From: an uncultured Candidatus Actinomarinales bacterium
GTDB lineage: Bacteria > Actinomycetota > Acidimicrobiia > Actinomarinales > Actinomarinaceae
Direction of reading: 5' to 3'
Assembly (NCBI GenBank): GCA_963979435.1
Contig: CAXBVE010000004.1
Location: 1-63,312, forward strand
Length of the DNA: 63,312 bases
In this document: piece by piece, positions 49,625-60,292 of the stretch
How the letters are laid out: every line of letters begins with the position of its first letter
Position numbering within the stretch: position 1 is the stretch's first letter
Notes under the pieces: model-generated
Databases searched by the model: none
What the model was told of the DNA's origin: nothing
What the model saw: only the letters and a program-made list of their open reading frames with translations
Position numbers and translations under genes: made by a program

Positions 49625-50751
49625 AGAATGTACTTTTCATAGCTCCTACAACTTACAAGCTTCCTCTTGATAAGAATATGCGTAAAAAATTTGAGTACTT
49701 GTCAGAAATTTCCAACCTAAATGTAATTGCATTTGCAAATGAAAAAAAAGAAATTAATTTGGAGAATGCGAACCTTTACTTTTTCAAGAAAACAAAAAGC
49801 CGATTTTATAATTATTTGAAGATAATGGTAGTTTCTTTGTTTTCTATGACGAAAATTATAAAAGATAACAATATAGAAATAGTCTGTTTTCAAGATCCAG
49901 TATCAAGCTTTCTTTCAATGCTGATTGTGAAAATGAGATATAAAAGCATAAAAGTAATTGTAGAAACACATGGAGACTTTATAGAAACTCTTGGCTTAGA
50001 AAAAAACTTATTATTCCCGAGTCTATACAAATATATCTTCCAAAGGTTGTCAAGATATACGATTCATAATGCAGATATTATTAGGGCAGTGTCATCCTCA
50101 ACTGAAGCTCAGGTAAGAAAAATAAATAAGTCAAAAACTATCGTACGCTTTCCGGCCTGGGTCGATTTTGATGACTTTAAAGATATTGAAATTAATAGAG
50201 ATAAAGATTCAAAATTTCGAATCTTATTCATAGGAAGTGTGACAGATAGAAAAAAGCCTCACTTAATTGTTGAAGCATTAAATTCTATTAAAAAAGAAAA
50301 TGTTGAACTTTTAATTGTAGGGCCAACACCTAATTCTAAATATTTAGAAACTTTAAAAAACTTAATAAGTGAATATGCCTTAGACGACAATGTTAAATTC
50401 TTTGGAGAAGTAGACAGGGAAAGGGTAAAAAGTTTTTATTCTGAAATTAACTTAATGATTTTACCATCTGTATCAGAGGGTCTTGCAAGGGTTATATTTG
50501 AATCACAAGCTACGGCCTGCCCTGTTCTAGTAACCGATGCACCTGGTATGGGGGATATTGTTATAGAAGGTCAGACTGGCTATATCTTTGAAAGCAATAG
50601 TATCGAAAGTTTAGCTACAAAGATAAACCAAGTCGAAGAAAATTATGAAGAGGCGATACACATAGGCACTAACGCAAAAGATTTTATTCTAAAAAACTAT
50701 TCAGCAGAAAACTTTAAGTTTAGTTTTAAAAAGATTTTCGATAGCGTTTAA
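49621..50751 (+). CDS. Glycosyltransferase family 4
   Basis: FIGSVTDRK, LPSVSEGLARVIFE (E-x7-E), TGYIF. Confidence 0.88.
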   Translation: MKNVLFIAPTTYKLPLDKNMRKKFEYLSEISNLNVIAFANEKKEINLENANLYFFKKTKSRFYNYLKIMVVSLFSMTKIIKDNNIEIVCFQDPVSSFLSMLIVKMRYKSIKVIVETHGDFIETLGLEKNLLFPSLYKYIFQRLSRYTIHNADIIRAVSSSTEAQVRKINKSKTIVRFPAWVDFDDFKDIEINRDKDSKFRILFIGSVTDRKKPHLIVEALNSIKKENVELLIVGPTPNSKYLETLKNLISEYALDDNVKFFGEVDRERVKSFYSEINLMILPSVSEGLARVIFESQATACPVLVTDAPGMGDIVIEGQTGYIFESNSIESLATKINQVEENYEEAIHIGTNAKDFILKNYSAENFKFSFKKIFDSV

Positions 50752-50807
50752 GACATCTAACAGCCAATTTTATAAAAATTGTCCACTGTTATTGCTATTC
50801 TTGAATC

Positions 50808-51830
50808 ATGGACATTGTGCTTTATATAGTAAATATTATTCTTATGGCTACGGTTGTGTATTTTGTTACACGAAAAGAAGAGGTGTCGGAAAAAGATGAT
50901 GAGTATCTAATAAAGGGAATAGTCAGTGAGTTAATTGAAAATGAAGAATCTCAGATTTATAAGCTGTTAGATAAATCAGATAAAACTGTAAAAGATTTTT
51001 TAGAAAAAACAGGTGAGATTAAAAGTTCAATATCTGGTGTTGATCAACAAACTAGAAACCTTATATCTGTACTAAATAACAACCAGAGCAGGGGACAGTG
51101 GGCTGAATTCCAAGTTGAAGACTTATTAGGAATCATGGAATATAAAGATGGAATACATTACGAATCCCAAAAAATTATGAATAGTGGAACAAAGCCGGAC
51201 TTCACATTTTATTTACCAGATAACAAAACAATCAATATGGATTCAAAGTTTCCATTAAATCTATACATGCAGCTCTCTAAGCTAAATTTAGATTTAGAAG
51301 ATGAGACCCTTGATGAGATATCACGCAAGCAAATCACTGAAAGCATAAAAACAAAAAACCGAGAATTTATTGATAAAGCAATTAAAACAAAAATTGATGA
51401 AACTTCAGGTAGAGAGGGATATATTTCAGCCGAAGAGGACACTGTTGACTTCGTCCTGATGTACATTCCTCTTGAAAACTTATACCACTTTTTACTTACT
51501 TCTGAAATCGGAGCAGCCAGAACTCCAGTCATACAATATGCCTTTTCAAAAAAAGTAATCCTAGTGAGCCCTCAAACACTCATGGCTTATCTAGAGACTA
51601 TTAGGCATTCGATGAAGCTATTCAGTCTTCAAACTGACACAAAAAATATCCTTCTTGCGCATGAAAAAGTTAAAAGTGAAGTCAATAAATTTATTGATTC
51701 ATTTGATGAAGTTACAAAACGGTTAGATCAAACAGTTGATTCATTTGAGAAACTAAAAACTACGAGGAAAAATAAATTAGAAAAATCTTTCGACGAATTA
51801 AATCAAGTTAATAAAAATAGCGAGGGCTAG
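50808..51830 (+). CDS. rmuC: DNA recombination protein RmuC
   Basis: RGQWAE, PDF..LP, DSKFPL, TVDFVLMYIP, SPQTL. Confidence 0.85.
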   Translation: MDIVLYIVNIILMATVVYFVTRKEEVSEKDDEYLIKGIVSELIENEESQIYKLLDKSDKTVKDFLEKTGEIKSSISGVDQQTRNLISVLNNNQSRGQWAEFQVEDLLGIMEYKDGIHYESQKIMNSGTKPDFTFYLPDNKTINMDSKFPLNLYMQLSKLNLDLEDETLDEISRKQITESIKTKNREFIDKAIKTKIDETSGREGYISAEEDTVDFVLMYIPLENLYHFLLTSEIGAARTPVIQYAFSKKVILVSPQTLMAYLETIRHSMKLFSLQTDTKNILLAHEKVKSEVNKFIDSFDEVTKRLDQTVDSFEKLKTTRKNKLEKSFDELNQVNKNSEG

Positions 51831-51838
51831 TAGAGCTA

Positions 51839-52231
51839 TTAGTACTTGTCTATTAAATTACTGACGACCATTATGCATTTATCATCAATGTAATTCTTTT
51901 TATTAGAATCTAAATATTCTGAAATTTCAGCACTTTCTGCTCCAGGTTGGTACCAAAAGTTATCATAACCCTTTTCAACCAAGTCCTTAGTAATTTCGAA
52001 TCCAATACTTGGAGGCACTACAAAATTTATAATTGAGGGACAGTCTGATATTTCCTGGACAGTTTTAAATACTTTTCTACCCTCTATTTCTACTTCTTTG
52101 TTGTTTACAGGGATTACGTCATAATCCTTACTAACAAGATCTATAAGTATTTTGTATCCGAACTTATTTTTATTTGTACTGGCACCAATTAGGGCAATGG
52201 AATTATTTTTATCTTTTAGAAGCTCAATCAA
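51839..52231 (-). CDS. CoA-binding protein (YccU-like)
   Basis: IALIGAS, IPVN, VVPP, WYQPGAE, C-terminal CI. Confidence 0.85.
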   Translation of the reverse strand: MIELLKDKNNSIALIGASTNKNKFGYKILIDLVSKDYDVIPVNNKEVEIEGRKVFKTVQEISDCPSIINFVVPPSIGFEITKDLVEKGYDNFWYQPGAESAEISEYLDSNKKNYIDDKCIMVVSNLIDKY

Positions 52232-54031
52232 TTAAAAGTTTTCAGATTTAATACTATAAAGAGTATCCTTGCCAGCTTTTACAGATGAAGTATACCCAGA
52301 TGCTAAAGGCAATAACTGTTCCATGTAAAACTTGGAGAGAGTAATCTTGTCAGCATAAAATTCATCTTTTGTTTCTTCCAATTTTTGTTTTGCCAATATT
52401 GCTGCTTTTGCCATGTAATATCCTCCAATTACCTGGCCAAACATTTTCATATAAGGTGTTGCTGCCGAGCTAGCGTCTACAAGCTCTCCCTCGAGCATTT
52501 TCCCACCAAGCCATAGTGTCACTTCAGATAGATTATTTACTTCAACCTCTAGCAATGATGCCATATTTTGTAATTCCTCATCGCCATTTTTCATCGTTTC
52601 AACGGTCTCATTTACCTCAGAGAGCAAACGCTGCATAGCTTGACCTCCATCTAAAGGTAATTTTCTAAACATTAAATCTAGTGCTTGAATTCCATTTGTA
52701 CCTTCATAGATAGGTGCAATTCTTGAATCTCTTAAGTATTGAGCAACTCCAGTCTCTTCCACATAGCCCATTCCACCATAGACTTGTATTGCTATAGAAC
52801 TTAGCTCAACTCCCAAATCTGAAACCCAGGCTTTAGTTACAGGAGTGAGAAGTCCACACCTTTCTTCACCAAAAGCTTTAGTTTCCTCATCCTCTGCAAA
52901 ATATTCTAAATCCATCATTAACTGGTTGTCATACATAAGGTATCTCATTGCATCGGTGTAGGACTTCATTGTCATTAACATTCTTCTAACATCTGCATGA
53001 TCAATAATTGTTGAATTTTTTGCATCTTCTTTACTCATCCCAACAGGACGGCCCTGTACTCGATCTCGAGCATATTGAGCAGCTCCCTGGAAGGCAGGTA
53101 CAGCACAAGATAAGCCTTGTCCACCCACCCAGACTCTTGCTTCATTCATCATTGTGAACATGTAAGTTAAACCTCTATTTTCTTCACCAACCAAGTAACC
53201 CACGGCACCTTCATTACCTCCATACTCCATAACACAGGTAGGGCTAGCGTGTATTCCTAGTTTTTCTTCGATTGAGAGACACTTAACTTCGTTTCTTTCT
53301 CCAAGTGAGCCATCATCATTTACTATGAACTTAGGAACAATAAACATTGAAATTCCCTTAGTTCCTTCTGGCGAACCGGGAGTCTTTGCAAGAACAAGAT
53401 GTATTATATTTTCAGTCATGTCATGCTCTCCAAAAGTAATCCATACTTTTGTACCTGTAATTCTATAGCTCCCATCTTCGCTTTTTTCCGCTTTAGTTGT
53501 AATAGTTCCAAGGTCTGAACCTGCTTGTGGTTCGCTGAGGTTCATTGTTCCAGTCCATTCACCAGAAACTAGTTTTGGAAGAAATTTATCTTTTTGTTCT
53601 TGGCTTCCATGAAAATTAAGAGCTGAAATTGCTCCTGCACTTAGTCCGGGAGCCAAGCCAAATGCCAAATTTGCAGAGCTTAGAATTTCTAGTGTTCCAC
53701 CAGATAGAACGACAGGCATACCACCACCACCTATCTCAGAAGGAAGTGAAATAGATGACCACCCTGCTTCAGCAAATTTCTTGTAGGCATCAACAAATCC
53801 TTCGGGCATAGTTACAACAGAATCTTTTATTGTTGCACCCTTTTCGTCGCCTACTGCATTAATTGGCGCTAAGACTTCTTCTGCAAACTTTCCACATTCT
53901 TCCATTGTTGGGATAACAATATCTTCTGAAAAATCGCTAAATTGACTAATTTTTGAAAGAACATCGTAGGAATTAATAACTTGATACCCAAATACGATAT
54001 CTTTTACCGGAGCTTTATAATTTACAGCCAT
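52232..54031 (-). CDS. Acyl-CoA dehydrogenase (about 600-aa, DmdC/FadE5-like type)
   Basis: GTMNLSEPQAGSDL, GTKGISMFIVPK, KLGIHASPTC, MFTMMNEAR, YEGTNGIQALDL. Confidence 0.9.
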   Translation of the reverse strand: MAVNYKAPVKDIVFGYQVINSYDVLSKISQFSDFSEDIVIPTMEECGKFAEEVLAPINAVGDEKGATIKDSVVTMPEGFVDAYKKFAEAGWSSISLPSEIGGGGMPVVLSGGTLEILSSANLAFGLAPGLSAGAISALNFHGSQEQKDKFLPKLVSGEWTGTMNLSEPQAGSDLGTITTKAEKSEDGSYRITGTKVWITFGEHDMTENIIHLVLAKTPGSPEGTKGISMFIVPKFIVNDDGSLGERNEVKCLSIEEKLGIHASPTCVMEYGGNEGAVGYLVGEENRGLTYMFTMMNEARVWVGGQGLSCAVPAFQGAAQYARDRVQGRPVGMSKEDAKNSTIIDHADVRRMLMTMKSYTDAMRYLMYDNQLMMDLEYFAEDEETKAFGEERCGLLTPVTKAWVSDLGVELSSIAIQVYGGMGYVEETGVAQYLRDSRIAPIYEGTNGIQALDLMFRKLPLDGGQAMQRLLSEVNETVETMKNGDEELQNMASLLEVEVNNLSEVTLWLGGKMLEGELVDASSAATPYMKMFGQVIGGYYMAKAAILAKQKLEETKDEFYADKITLSKFYMEQLLPLASGYTSSVKAGKDTLYSIKSENF

Positions 54032-54070
54032 TATTAAATTTTACTATAAAGCAAATAAAACGCCCAATTT

Positions 54071-54940
54071 TTATCTTGGACTAACATCTACAAGTTCTGA
54101 TATTTCAGCTATTTTTTCAAGAGTAGGTAGTTCACCGGTACCCGCTAAGATGGCCCCTGCAGCACATGCATTTTTTATAGTCGAAATGATATCCTCAACT
54201 CCATTTGCGGCAATATAAGCAGCTGTTACATCTCCCGCCCCTGTTGCATTAACAGTTTTAAAGTCAGGTGGCGTAATCTCTATAGCACCTTCAGAGCTGA
54301 TTAGTCTTGCAGGTAAGTTTGAGTGTGTTAACAATATTCTTGATACAAGTTCGTTATTCAATAAATTTTCAGCTTCTATTACGTCTATCTCATCTTTACT
54401 AACAACCAAAAAATCAATTTCATAATCGATTGGATATTCGTATCCTGCTTGGACAACGAAAACACCACTTTTTTTAATCTCAGTTATCGAGTTTTTAATA
54501 TTAGGTATGGAGTACCTGTCAACAAGAAGAGACTGAAAGTTTTTTACTTCAGAGAGCTTATTCCAGGTGCAGTTTGAATAACCCGAAGACACAATAGTTC
54601 TTTCACCATCTCTATCTACAAAGATAGAGCATGTCGGAGTTGGATTATCAGTCAAGATTATTTCTTCATGTAAAATATTTTTATCTTTTAGCTCACTCAG
54701 TAAATATTCACCTAGAGCATCTTTACCAATACTGTTACCTAGAACAGAAACAGACATTCCCCAGTTGGCAATATTTTCAGCACAGTTTATTGCAGTTCCT
54801 CCAGCTCTGATATTGTAATTATTACTTCTAATATCTCCTCCAGCCTCAGGGAGATCCTCAATAAAATATATAAGATCAGGATTTAAAGTTCCATAACATA
54901 AAGTTTTTTCATAAACCATAGCTCTTTTATAATATATCAA
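54071..54940 (-). CDS. PfkB family carbohydrate kinase
   Basis: GGTAIN, GERTIV, NATGAGD. True start may be 54919. Confidence 0.85.
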   Translation of the reverse strand: MIYYKRAMVYEKTLCYGTLNPDLIYFIEDLPEAGGDIRSNNYNIRAGGTAINCAENIANWGMSVSVLGNSIGKDALGEYLLSELKDKNILHEEIILTDNPTPTCSIFVDRDGERTIVSSGYSNCTWNKLSEVKNFQSLLVDRYSIPNIKNSITEIKKSGVFVVQAGYEYPIDYEIDFLVVSKDEIDVIEAENLLNNELVSRILLTHSNLPARLISSEGAIEITPPDFKTVNATGAGDVTAAYIAANGVEDIISTIKNACAAGAILAGTGELPTLEKIAEISELVDVSPR

Positions 54941-54962
54941 AACAATACGAAAGGTATTAAAA

Positions 54963-55328
54963 ATGAAAGTTGCTTACATTCTTAATTCTCCAAATGCGGC
55001 TAATTATAAAGTTGGAGAAATGATACTTCCACAATTAGAAGCTGATAACCATGGTGTTGAAGTAGTCGGTATTTTCTTTTTTGACGACAATACAATGTTG
55101 CTCCAAAAAGGAAATCCTAAAGGAGAAAGGCTAGCAAAAGTTGCTGCTGAAAAAGGAATGCTATTGATGATGTGTGATCAATGTGCAAACCAACGAGGTC
55201 TTGCATCTAAAAATGCAGAGGGTGGTTATACCCCTGAAGGAACAGTTGAGGGAGTAGCCGCAGGTTGTTTCCCAGACTTGTACCAAGCCTTATCTGGCAA
55301 CATGCCTGATCAAGTTATATCTTTATAA
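54963..55328 (+). CDS. DsrE-related protein (SaoD-like)
   Basis: MILPQLE..HG.EVVGIFFFDDN, CDQCA, GCFPDLY, DQVISL. Confidence 0.75.
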   Translation: MKVAYILNSPNAANYKVGEMILPQLEADNHGVEVVGIFFFDDNTMLLQKGNPKGERLAKVAAEKGMLLMMCDQCANQRGLASKNAEGGYTPEGTVEGVAAGCFPDLYQALSGNMPDQVISL

Positions 55329-57293
55329 CTAAACTAGACCACTTATAACAGCTGTAAGGATGAGGATTAGTAAGTAACTTATTAGTCCTCCTCCAATAGC
55401 TGCGTATTTCATTGTCTTCGATATAGAGCTTGGTCCAATCAAATGGTATGCAAGAACTCCAAAAAATGGTACTAAAAATACAACAGCTAACCATATATAT
55501 TTTTTTGCACCTTCAACTTGCTTGTTAGTGTTTAAATCATACAACGCAAGAGCTGTCCATGCTGAATAAAGCACAAACGGCATCAAGTATCCATACAACT
55601 GAAACAATAACTGCCAAATACTTGGACTTGAAATAGGCACTCCACTCATTATTATCTCCTTTTTTGCTTCATATAAATTATCTAAATTTTGGTCATCCAT
55701 TAAGTCATAGGGAAGTGTTATTGCCTCTAAATCTGGAACATAAAAAAGATTCACAGCTGGACTAGGTATATTGATATTCTGAAATGTCATGTTTGTTTGT
55801 TCTTTAGGCCACGGGTACTCTTTGTATCTATTTTTATCAAGTTCTTGATTTTGTGCATCTGCAAAAAATCCAGCAAGCATCATTAGCCCTGAAACATCAC
55901 CTTGAAGAGGAAATCTTGATAAAAGACCACCCTCTTCAATAGATGAACAATTATGTAGCTGTTCAAGAAGAGGTGGTGTCGAAGTTTGATAGACATTACC
56001 CTCATAGCAATTCCCCGGACCCCAAGGTCCTGCCAGTGCCAAATCTGTGTAGCCTGAATCAAGAACAACATTATCTTTTACTTGAACATGTTGCGAAAAA
56101 TATAATTTCGCATCAAGCATAGGACTAGCAACTATTCCATATTTATCATGATTAATGACAATATTCTTTTCTATAATGTCGCCAACTCTTCCAGGTACAA
56201 CTATTCCCATCCCTTTTGCTACTAAGCCGAAACGGTTAGTAGGAGCATTGTAATTATTATTATCGATAACTAAATTACCTATTATTGTTGTCTCTCTACC
56301 TGGAGGATTTAGTTCAGAATCTAATGTATTTGGTACAATTCCTGACATATTATTTTGCCAAATATTATTGTATAAATAAAGATGGCCTCCGGCGTTGGTT
56401 CCAGAGTACCCAAGAGCATTTCCTTCAATGACATTATCGTAAATTAATGAATTACAAGGATAACATTGTCCAATATAAATTCCACTGTCAGGGTGACCAG
56501 AAGCGTATATATTATCAAATATTCCATCTGTTGAGTCAAATGCATAAACGCCATAATCGCCATTATTGTAAACCGTTAAATATGATCCCTTGAAGCCTTC
56601 TGATCCATTCCAGTAAACACCATTCAGGGAAAAATTTCTCACTGATAGATTTTCAACACTTACACCGTCTGTGTCATAAATTTGAATTCCATTTTCCCTC
56701 ATAAATTCACCATCAATGATTACTGAGTTTCTATCAGTACCTCTAATTGTTAAATAAGGGGTCGTTACTGTGACACTTTCGTTATAAACACCTGGACTTA
56801 TCAGTATTAAATCTCCAGTAAAAGCAACATCTACTGCATCTTGGATAGTCTCAAAACTCTTATCTGCACCAACTTCTAATACATTTGTACTCATCACATA
56901 ATCAACTTCCTCAACAGGAGCTGTATATTCAACATCGCCTACAATTATTGTCCCAACCATACCTTTGTTATTTGTTCCATGATACGGGCAGTAGTATTCA
57001 TAAATACCTGGTTCATCAAATGTATATTCATATTGATCACCTTTGGTAATAATTCCGTATTCAAAATAATCTGAAGAGATTGCCTGCCAAGAACCATCAC
57101 TTGCGATTACATTATGATTATTAGAACCACCAGACTCCCAAACTACAGTTGAACCTACAGGTACATTGATGACTTTTGGCGAAAACTCATCATCAACGAT
57201 CCTAATTACTAGCGAACCCTCAGAAGACGCATCTCCATTGCCACAGGCAGCCAAAAAGATTATTAAAAGGGTTACTTTAAAATGCTTAATCAC
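55329..57293 (-). CDS. Lipoprotein with cupredoxin, right-handed beta-helix and C-terminal PLDc_N-like TM module
   Basis: LAAC lipobox; HNV...YYCPYH..KGM type-1 copper ligands; NGVYW/YGVYAF/DSGIYIGQC/LGYSGTN repeats; W..VVFLVPFFGVLAY. Confidence 0.75.
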   Translation of the reverse strand: MIKHFKVTLLIIFLAACGNGDASSEGSLVIRIVDDEFSPKVINVPVGSTVVWESGGSNNHNVIASDGSWQAISSDYFEYGIITKGDQYEYTFDEPGIYEYYCPYHGTNNKGMVGTIIVGDVEYTAPVEEVDYVMSTNVLEVGADKSFETIQDAVDVAFTGDLILISPGVYNESVTVTTPYLTIRGTDRNSVIIDGEFMRENGIQIYDTDGVSVENLSVRNFSLNGVYWNGSEGFKGSYLTVYNNGDYGVYAFDSTDGIFDNIYASGHPDSGIYIGQCYPCNSLIYDNVIEGNALGYSGTNAGGHLYLYNNIWQNNMSGIVPNTLDSELNPPGRETTIIGNLVIDNNNYNAPTNRFGLVAKGMGIVVPGRVGDIIEKNIVINHDKYGIVASPMLDAKLYFSQHVQVKDNVVLDSGYTDLALAGPWGPGNCYEGNVYQTSTPPLLEQLHNCSSIEEGGLLSRFPLQGDVSGLMMLAGFFADAQNQELDKNRYKEYPWPKEQTNMTFQNINIPSPAVNLFYVPDLEAITLPYDLMDDQNLDNLYEAKKEIIMSGVPISSPSIWQLLFQLYGYLMPFVLYSAWTALALYDLNTNKQVEGAKKYIWLAVVFLVPFFGVLAYHLIGPSSISKTMKYAAIGGGLISYLLILILTAVISGLV

Positions 57294-57322
57294 ATAACTA
57301 TTTTAGCAAGTAATATGTTGGC

Positions 57323-57586
57323 ATGAATAGTAAAGTATGGGTTTGCCCAAAATGTAGTACTTCTGGTTCAATTCAGGACAAGAAAGATAAAACACGCAAC
57401 AAAGAAGTTGTATCGATATCACACACAAGAGAGAAAGTCTCAATGACTAGTGGTGGTCTATCAAAATTTTTTAATGTTCAAAATCAGAAATTTTATGTAA
57501 TTACTTGCAGTAAATGTTCATATTCAGAGTTTTATAGAGCTGATGTAAAAGCTTGGGAAAATATTATCGACTTTTTTGGAAACTAG
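57323..57586 (+). CDS. Zinc-ribbon protein (DUF2082-like)
   Basis: CPKC...GGLSKFFNVQNQKF..ITCSKCSYSEFY. Confidence 0.75.
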   Translation: MNSKVWVCPKCSTSGSIQDKKDKTRNKEVVSISHTREKVSMTSGGLSKFFNVQNQKFYVITCSKCSYSEFYRADVKAWENIIDFFGN

Positions 57587-57648
57587 ATAGGTTTTAAATA
57601 AAAATCAAAAATATTTATAAAATATAACAACCCTATACTTACTTCCTT

Positions 57649-59472
57649 ATGGCAAAAGAAACAATTAGAAATATTGCAATCATCGCACACGTTGACCATG
57701 GAAAAACAACACTAGTCGATGGGCTCCTTCAGCAAAGTGGGACATTTAGCGATCATCAAGTATTAGAAGATAGAGTAATGGACTCTGGAGATCTTGAAAA
57801 AGAAAGAGGCATTACCATAACCTCAAAAAATACGGCAATTCACTATAACGATATAAAAATTAATATTGTAGACACCCCAGGCCATGCTGATTTTGGTGGA
57901 GAGGTCGAAAGAAGTCTCAATTTAGTAGATGGAGTACTTCTCTTGGTTGACTCCAGTGAAGGTCCGTTACCCCAAACAAGATTTGTTTTGAAAAAAGCTC
58001 TAGAAAGAGATTTACCTGTAATTTTGGTCATCAATAAAATTGACAGACCAGATGCTCGAATTGATGAGGTAGTAGAAGAAGTATATGATTTGTTTATCGA
58101 TTTAGACGCAAACGATAAACAGATAGAATTTCCAATCATCTACACGAATGCAAAAGATGGTATTGCTCATGAGTCTTTAGGTGATGAGTCAAACGATCTA
58201 ATTCCATTGTTAAATTTAATAACTACTTTTTTTAGTGGACCCAACACAGATGACTCCCTTAACCCACAATTTTTAGTAACTAACCTTTCTTATGACTCCT
58301 ATGTTGGTCAGGTGGCTATAGGGAGGTTAGACAACGGCATACTCGAGATGAATAAACAATACAGTTTGTGTGGAAAAGAGCAAACAGTAAATAATCAAAA
58401 GTTTTCAGCTATGTATACATTTAAAGGTCTTGAAAAGGTAAAAGTGGAAACACTTGAATCAGGAGACATTATTGCTATTGCTGGTATAGATAATGTACAG
58501 ATTGGTGATACCATTTCCAGTAATGAGAATCCAGATCCTCTTCCAAGAATTGAAATAGATGAACCAACAGTTTCAATTTTTTTCCATGTGAACAATGGAC
58601 CATTTGCGGGTAGAGAGGGTAAATATGTAACTTCAAGAAATATCAGTGATAGATTACAGAAAGAAATCTTAAGTAATGTATCTTTGCAAATTATCCCAAG
58701 TGAGAAAACAGATGTTTTTGAGGTTAGGGGTCGAGGAGAGCTTCAAATGGCAGTACTAATTGAAACCATGAGAAGAGAAGGGTATGAGTTTATGGTTTCT
58801 AGACCTGAAGTCATCGTTAAAGAAATTGACGGAAAAAAAAGCGAACCCATGGAAAAAGTTTTTATTGATACACCCGAAGACTATGTAGGCGTAATTACTG
58901 AAAAGCTGTCTAAGAGAAAAGGCAAAATGACAAATCTCATGAATAATGGTTTTGGAAGAGCAACTCTTGAATTCTCAATTCCCTCTAGGGGCTTAATTGG
59001 TTTTAGGAATCAATTCTTAACAGATACAAGAGGTTCAGGCATAATGAACTCTTTATTTGATGGATATGCACCATGGGCTGGTGAAATACCTCAAAGAACA
59101 AATGGAGTATTGATTTCTGATAGAAATGGAAAGGTCACCCCTTACGCAAGTCTTGCAATGGTTGACAGAGGTATTCTTTTCATCCCTCCAGGTACAGAAG
59201 TATTTGAGGGAATGATTATAGGAGAAAGAAATAATGAAGGCGATTTAGAGGTAAATATTACAAAAGAAAAGAAACTTACAAACCATCGCGCGTCAGGATC
59301 AGATGAAACAATCCCACTTAGACCCCCGCAACTAATGTCTTTAGATCAATGCATAGAATTTATTTCAGAGGGTGAGTTTGTAGAAGTCACACCAGAGTCA
59401 ATAAGGTTAAGAAAATCTGAACTTAATGCTACCCAACGTGCATTAAATAAAAAGAAAGAGAAAACCAGTTAG
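57649..59472 (+). CDS. typA: Translational GTPase TypA/BipA
   Basis: IAHVDHGKTTLVD, DTPGHADFGGEVER, GRGEL, EVTPESIRLRK. Confidence 0.97.
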   Translation: MAKETIRNIAIIAHVDHGKTTLVDGLLQQSGTFSDHQVLEDRVMDSGDLEKERGITITSKNTAIHYNDIKINIVDTPGHADFGGEVERSLNLVDGVLLLVDSSEGPLPQTRFVLKKALERDLPVILVINKIDRPDARIDEVVEEVYDLFIDLDANDKQIEFPIIYTNAKDGIAHESLGDESNDLIPLLNLITTFFSGPNTDDSLNPQFLVTNLSYDSYVGQVAIGRLDNGILEMNKQYSLCGKEQTVNNQKFSAMYTFKGLEKVKVETLESGDIIAIAGIDNVQIGDTISSNENPDPLPRIEIDEPTVSIFFHVNNGPFAGREGKYVTSRNISDRLQKEILSNVSLQIIPSEKTDVFEVRGRGELQMAVLIETMRREGYEFMVSRPEVIVKEIDGKKSEPMEKVFIDTPEDYVGVITEKLSKRKGKMTNLMNNGFGRATLEFSIPSRGLIGFRNQFLTDTRGSGIMNSLFDGYAPWAGEIPQRTNGVLISDRNGKVTPYASLAMVDRGILFIPPGTEVFEGMIIGERNNEGDLEVNITKEKKLTNHRASGSDETIPLRPPQLMSLDQCIEFISEGEFVEVTPESIRLRKSELNATQRALNKKKEKTS

Positions 59473-59535
59473 CTTAGTCGGTAGAGCCCTTATCTGAAAA
59501 ACAAGGGGTCGGCAGTTCGATTCTGCCTCTGGCCA
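59463..59535 (+). pseudogene. Degenerate tRNA-Phe(GAA)
   Basis: D arm GCTT-AGTCGGTA-GAGC, anticodon arm CTTAT-CTGAAAA-ACAAG (one A:C mismatch), T arm GGCAG-TTCGATT-CTGCC, 3' TCTGGCC-A. The 5' acceptor strand AACCAGT has three mismatches and overlaps the typA stop. Confidence 0.75.
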
Positions 59536-59626
59536 CAATAAATATAGGCTCTATTGTTCTTCACAAACAAACTTAATGATCTGACACGAATTCTGTTATT
59601 GCTGATGACTTATTATTATTGTCATT

Positions 59627-60256
59627 ATGGAAAGACAAAAACCATTACTTCGAGGCACTTTTCACCAGGCAATGTTTTTTATTGCTGTCGGGGCATGCCC
59701 ACCGCTAATTATTAAGAGTAGTAATGCATCTGAGTATGTTGCTACAGCAATTTATTCGGCTGCTGTAATGATGATGTTTGGATTTAGTGCCCTCTATCAC
59801 AAATTCGACTGGAATAAATTAACAAAAAAAAGAATGAGAAAGTTGGATCATATTGGAATCTTCATAATGATTGCTGGAACAGCAACACCTTTAGCTCTTT
59901 TAATGACTCCGTGGCCAGATGGATTATTCTTACTGATTTTAATTTGGTGTGTTGCTTTGTTGGGTGCTTTCCAAATTATTTATTTCCCAAATATTAATAC
60001 ATTTGTAAATGTAGCCGTATATATAGGTATGAGTCTTATCCTCCTACCTTATCTATTGAGGATATTTGATATGTTTACTACAGCTAACAGCATTCTGATG
60101 ATTTTAGGTATTTTACTTTACATTATTGGTGCAACTAGTTTCGGTCTACAGTATCCAAAACTAGCACCAAAAATTTTTGGATATCATGAAGTTTGGCATT
60201 CTTTTGTTTCAGTAGCTGCAATTCTGCATTTTATTGTTATCTATTCGATAATTTAA
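59627..60256 (+). CDS. Hemolysin III / PAQR family membrane protein
   Basis: KPLLRG, SALYH, RKLDHIGIFIMIAGT, FGYHEVWH. Confidence 0.9.
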   Translation: MERQKPLLRGTFHQAMFFIAVGACPPLIIKSSNASEYVATAIYSAAVMMMFGFSALYHKFDWNKLTKKRMRKLDHIGIFIMIAGTATPLALLMTPWPDGLFLLILIWCVALLGAFQIIYFPNINTFVNVAVYIGMSLILLPYLLRIFDMFTTANSILMILGILLYIIGATSFGLQYPKLAPKIFGYHEVWHSFVSVAAILHFIVIYSII

Positions 60257-60292
60257 TTATTCGGGATTCAAAATCTAGTAAAACATAAGTTT

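Noticed and set aside
59627-60256. Hemolysin III as a virulence toxin
   Set aside because: The family name is historical; PAQR/HlyIII proteins are widespread membrane proteins in non-pathogens
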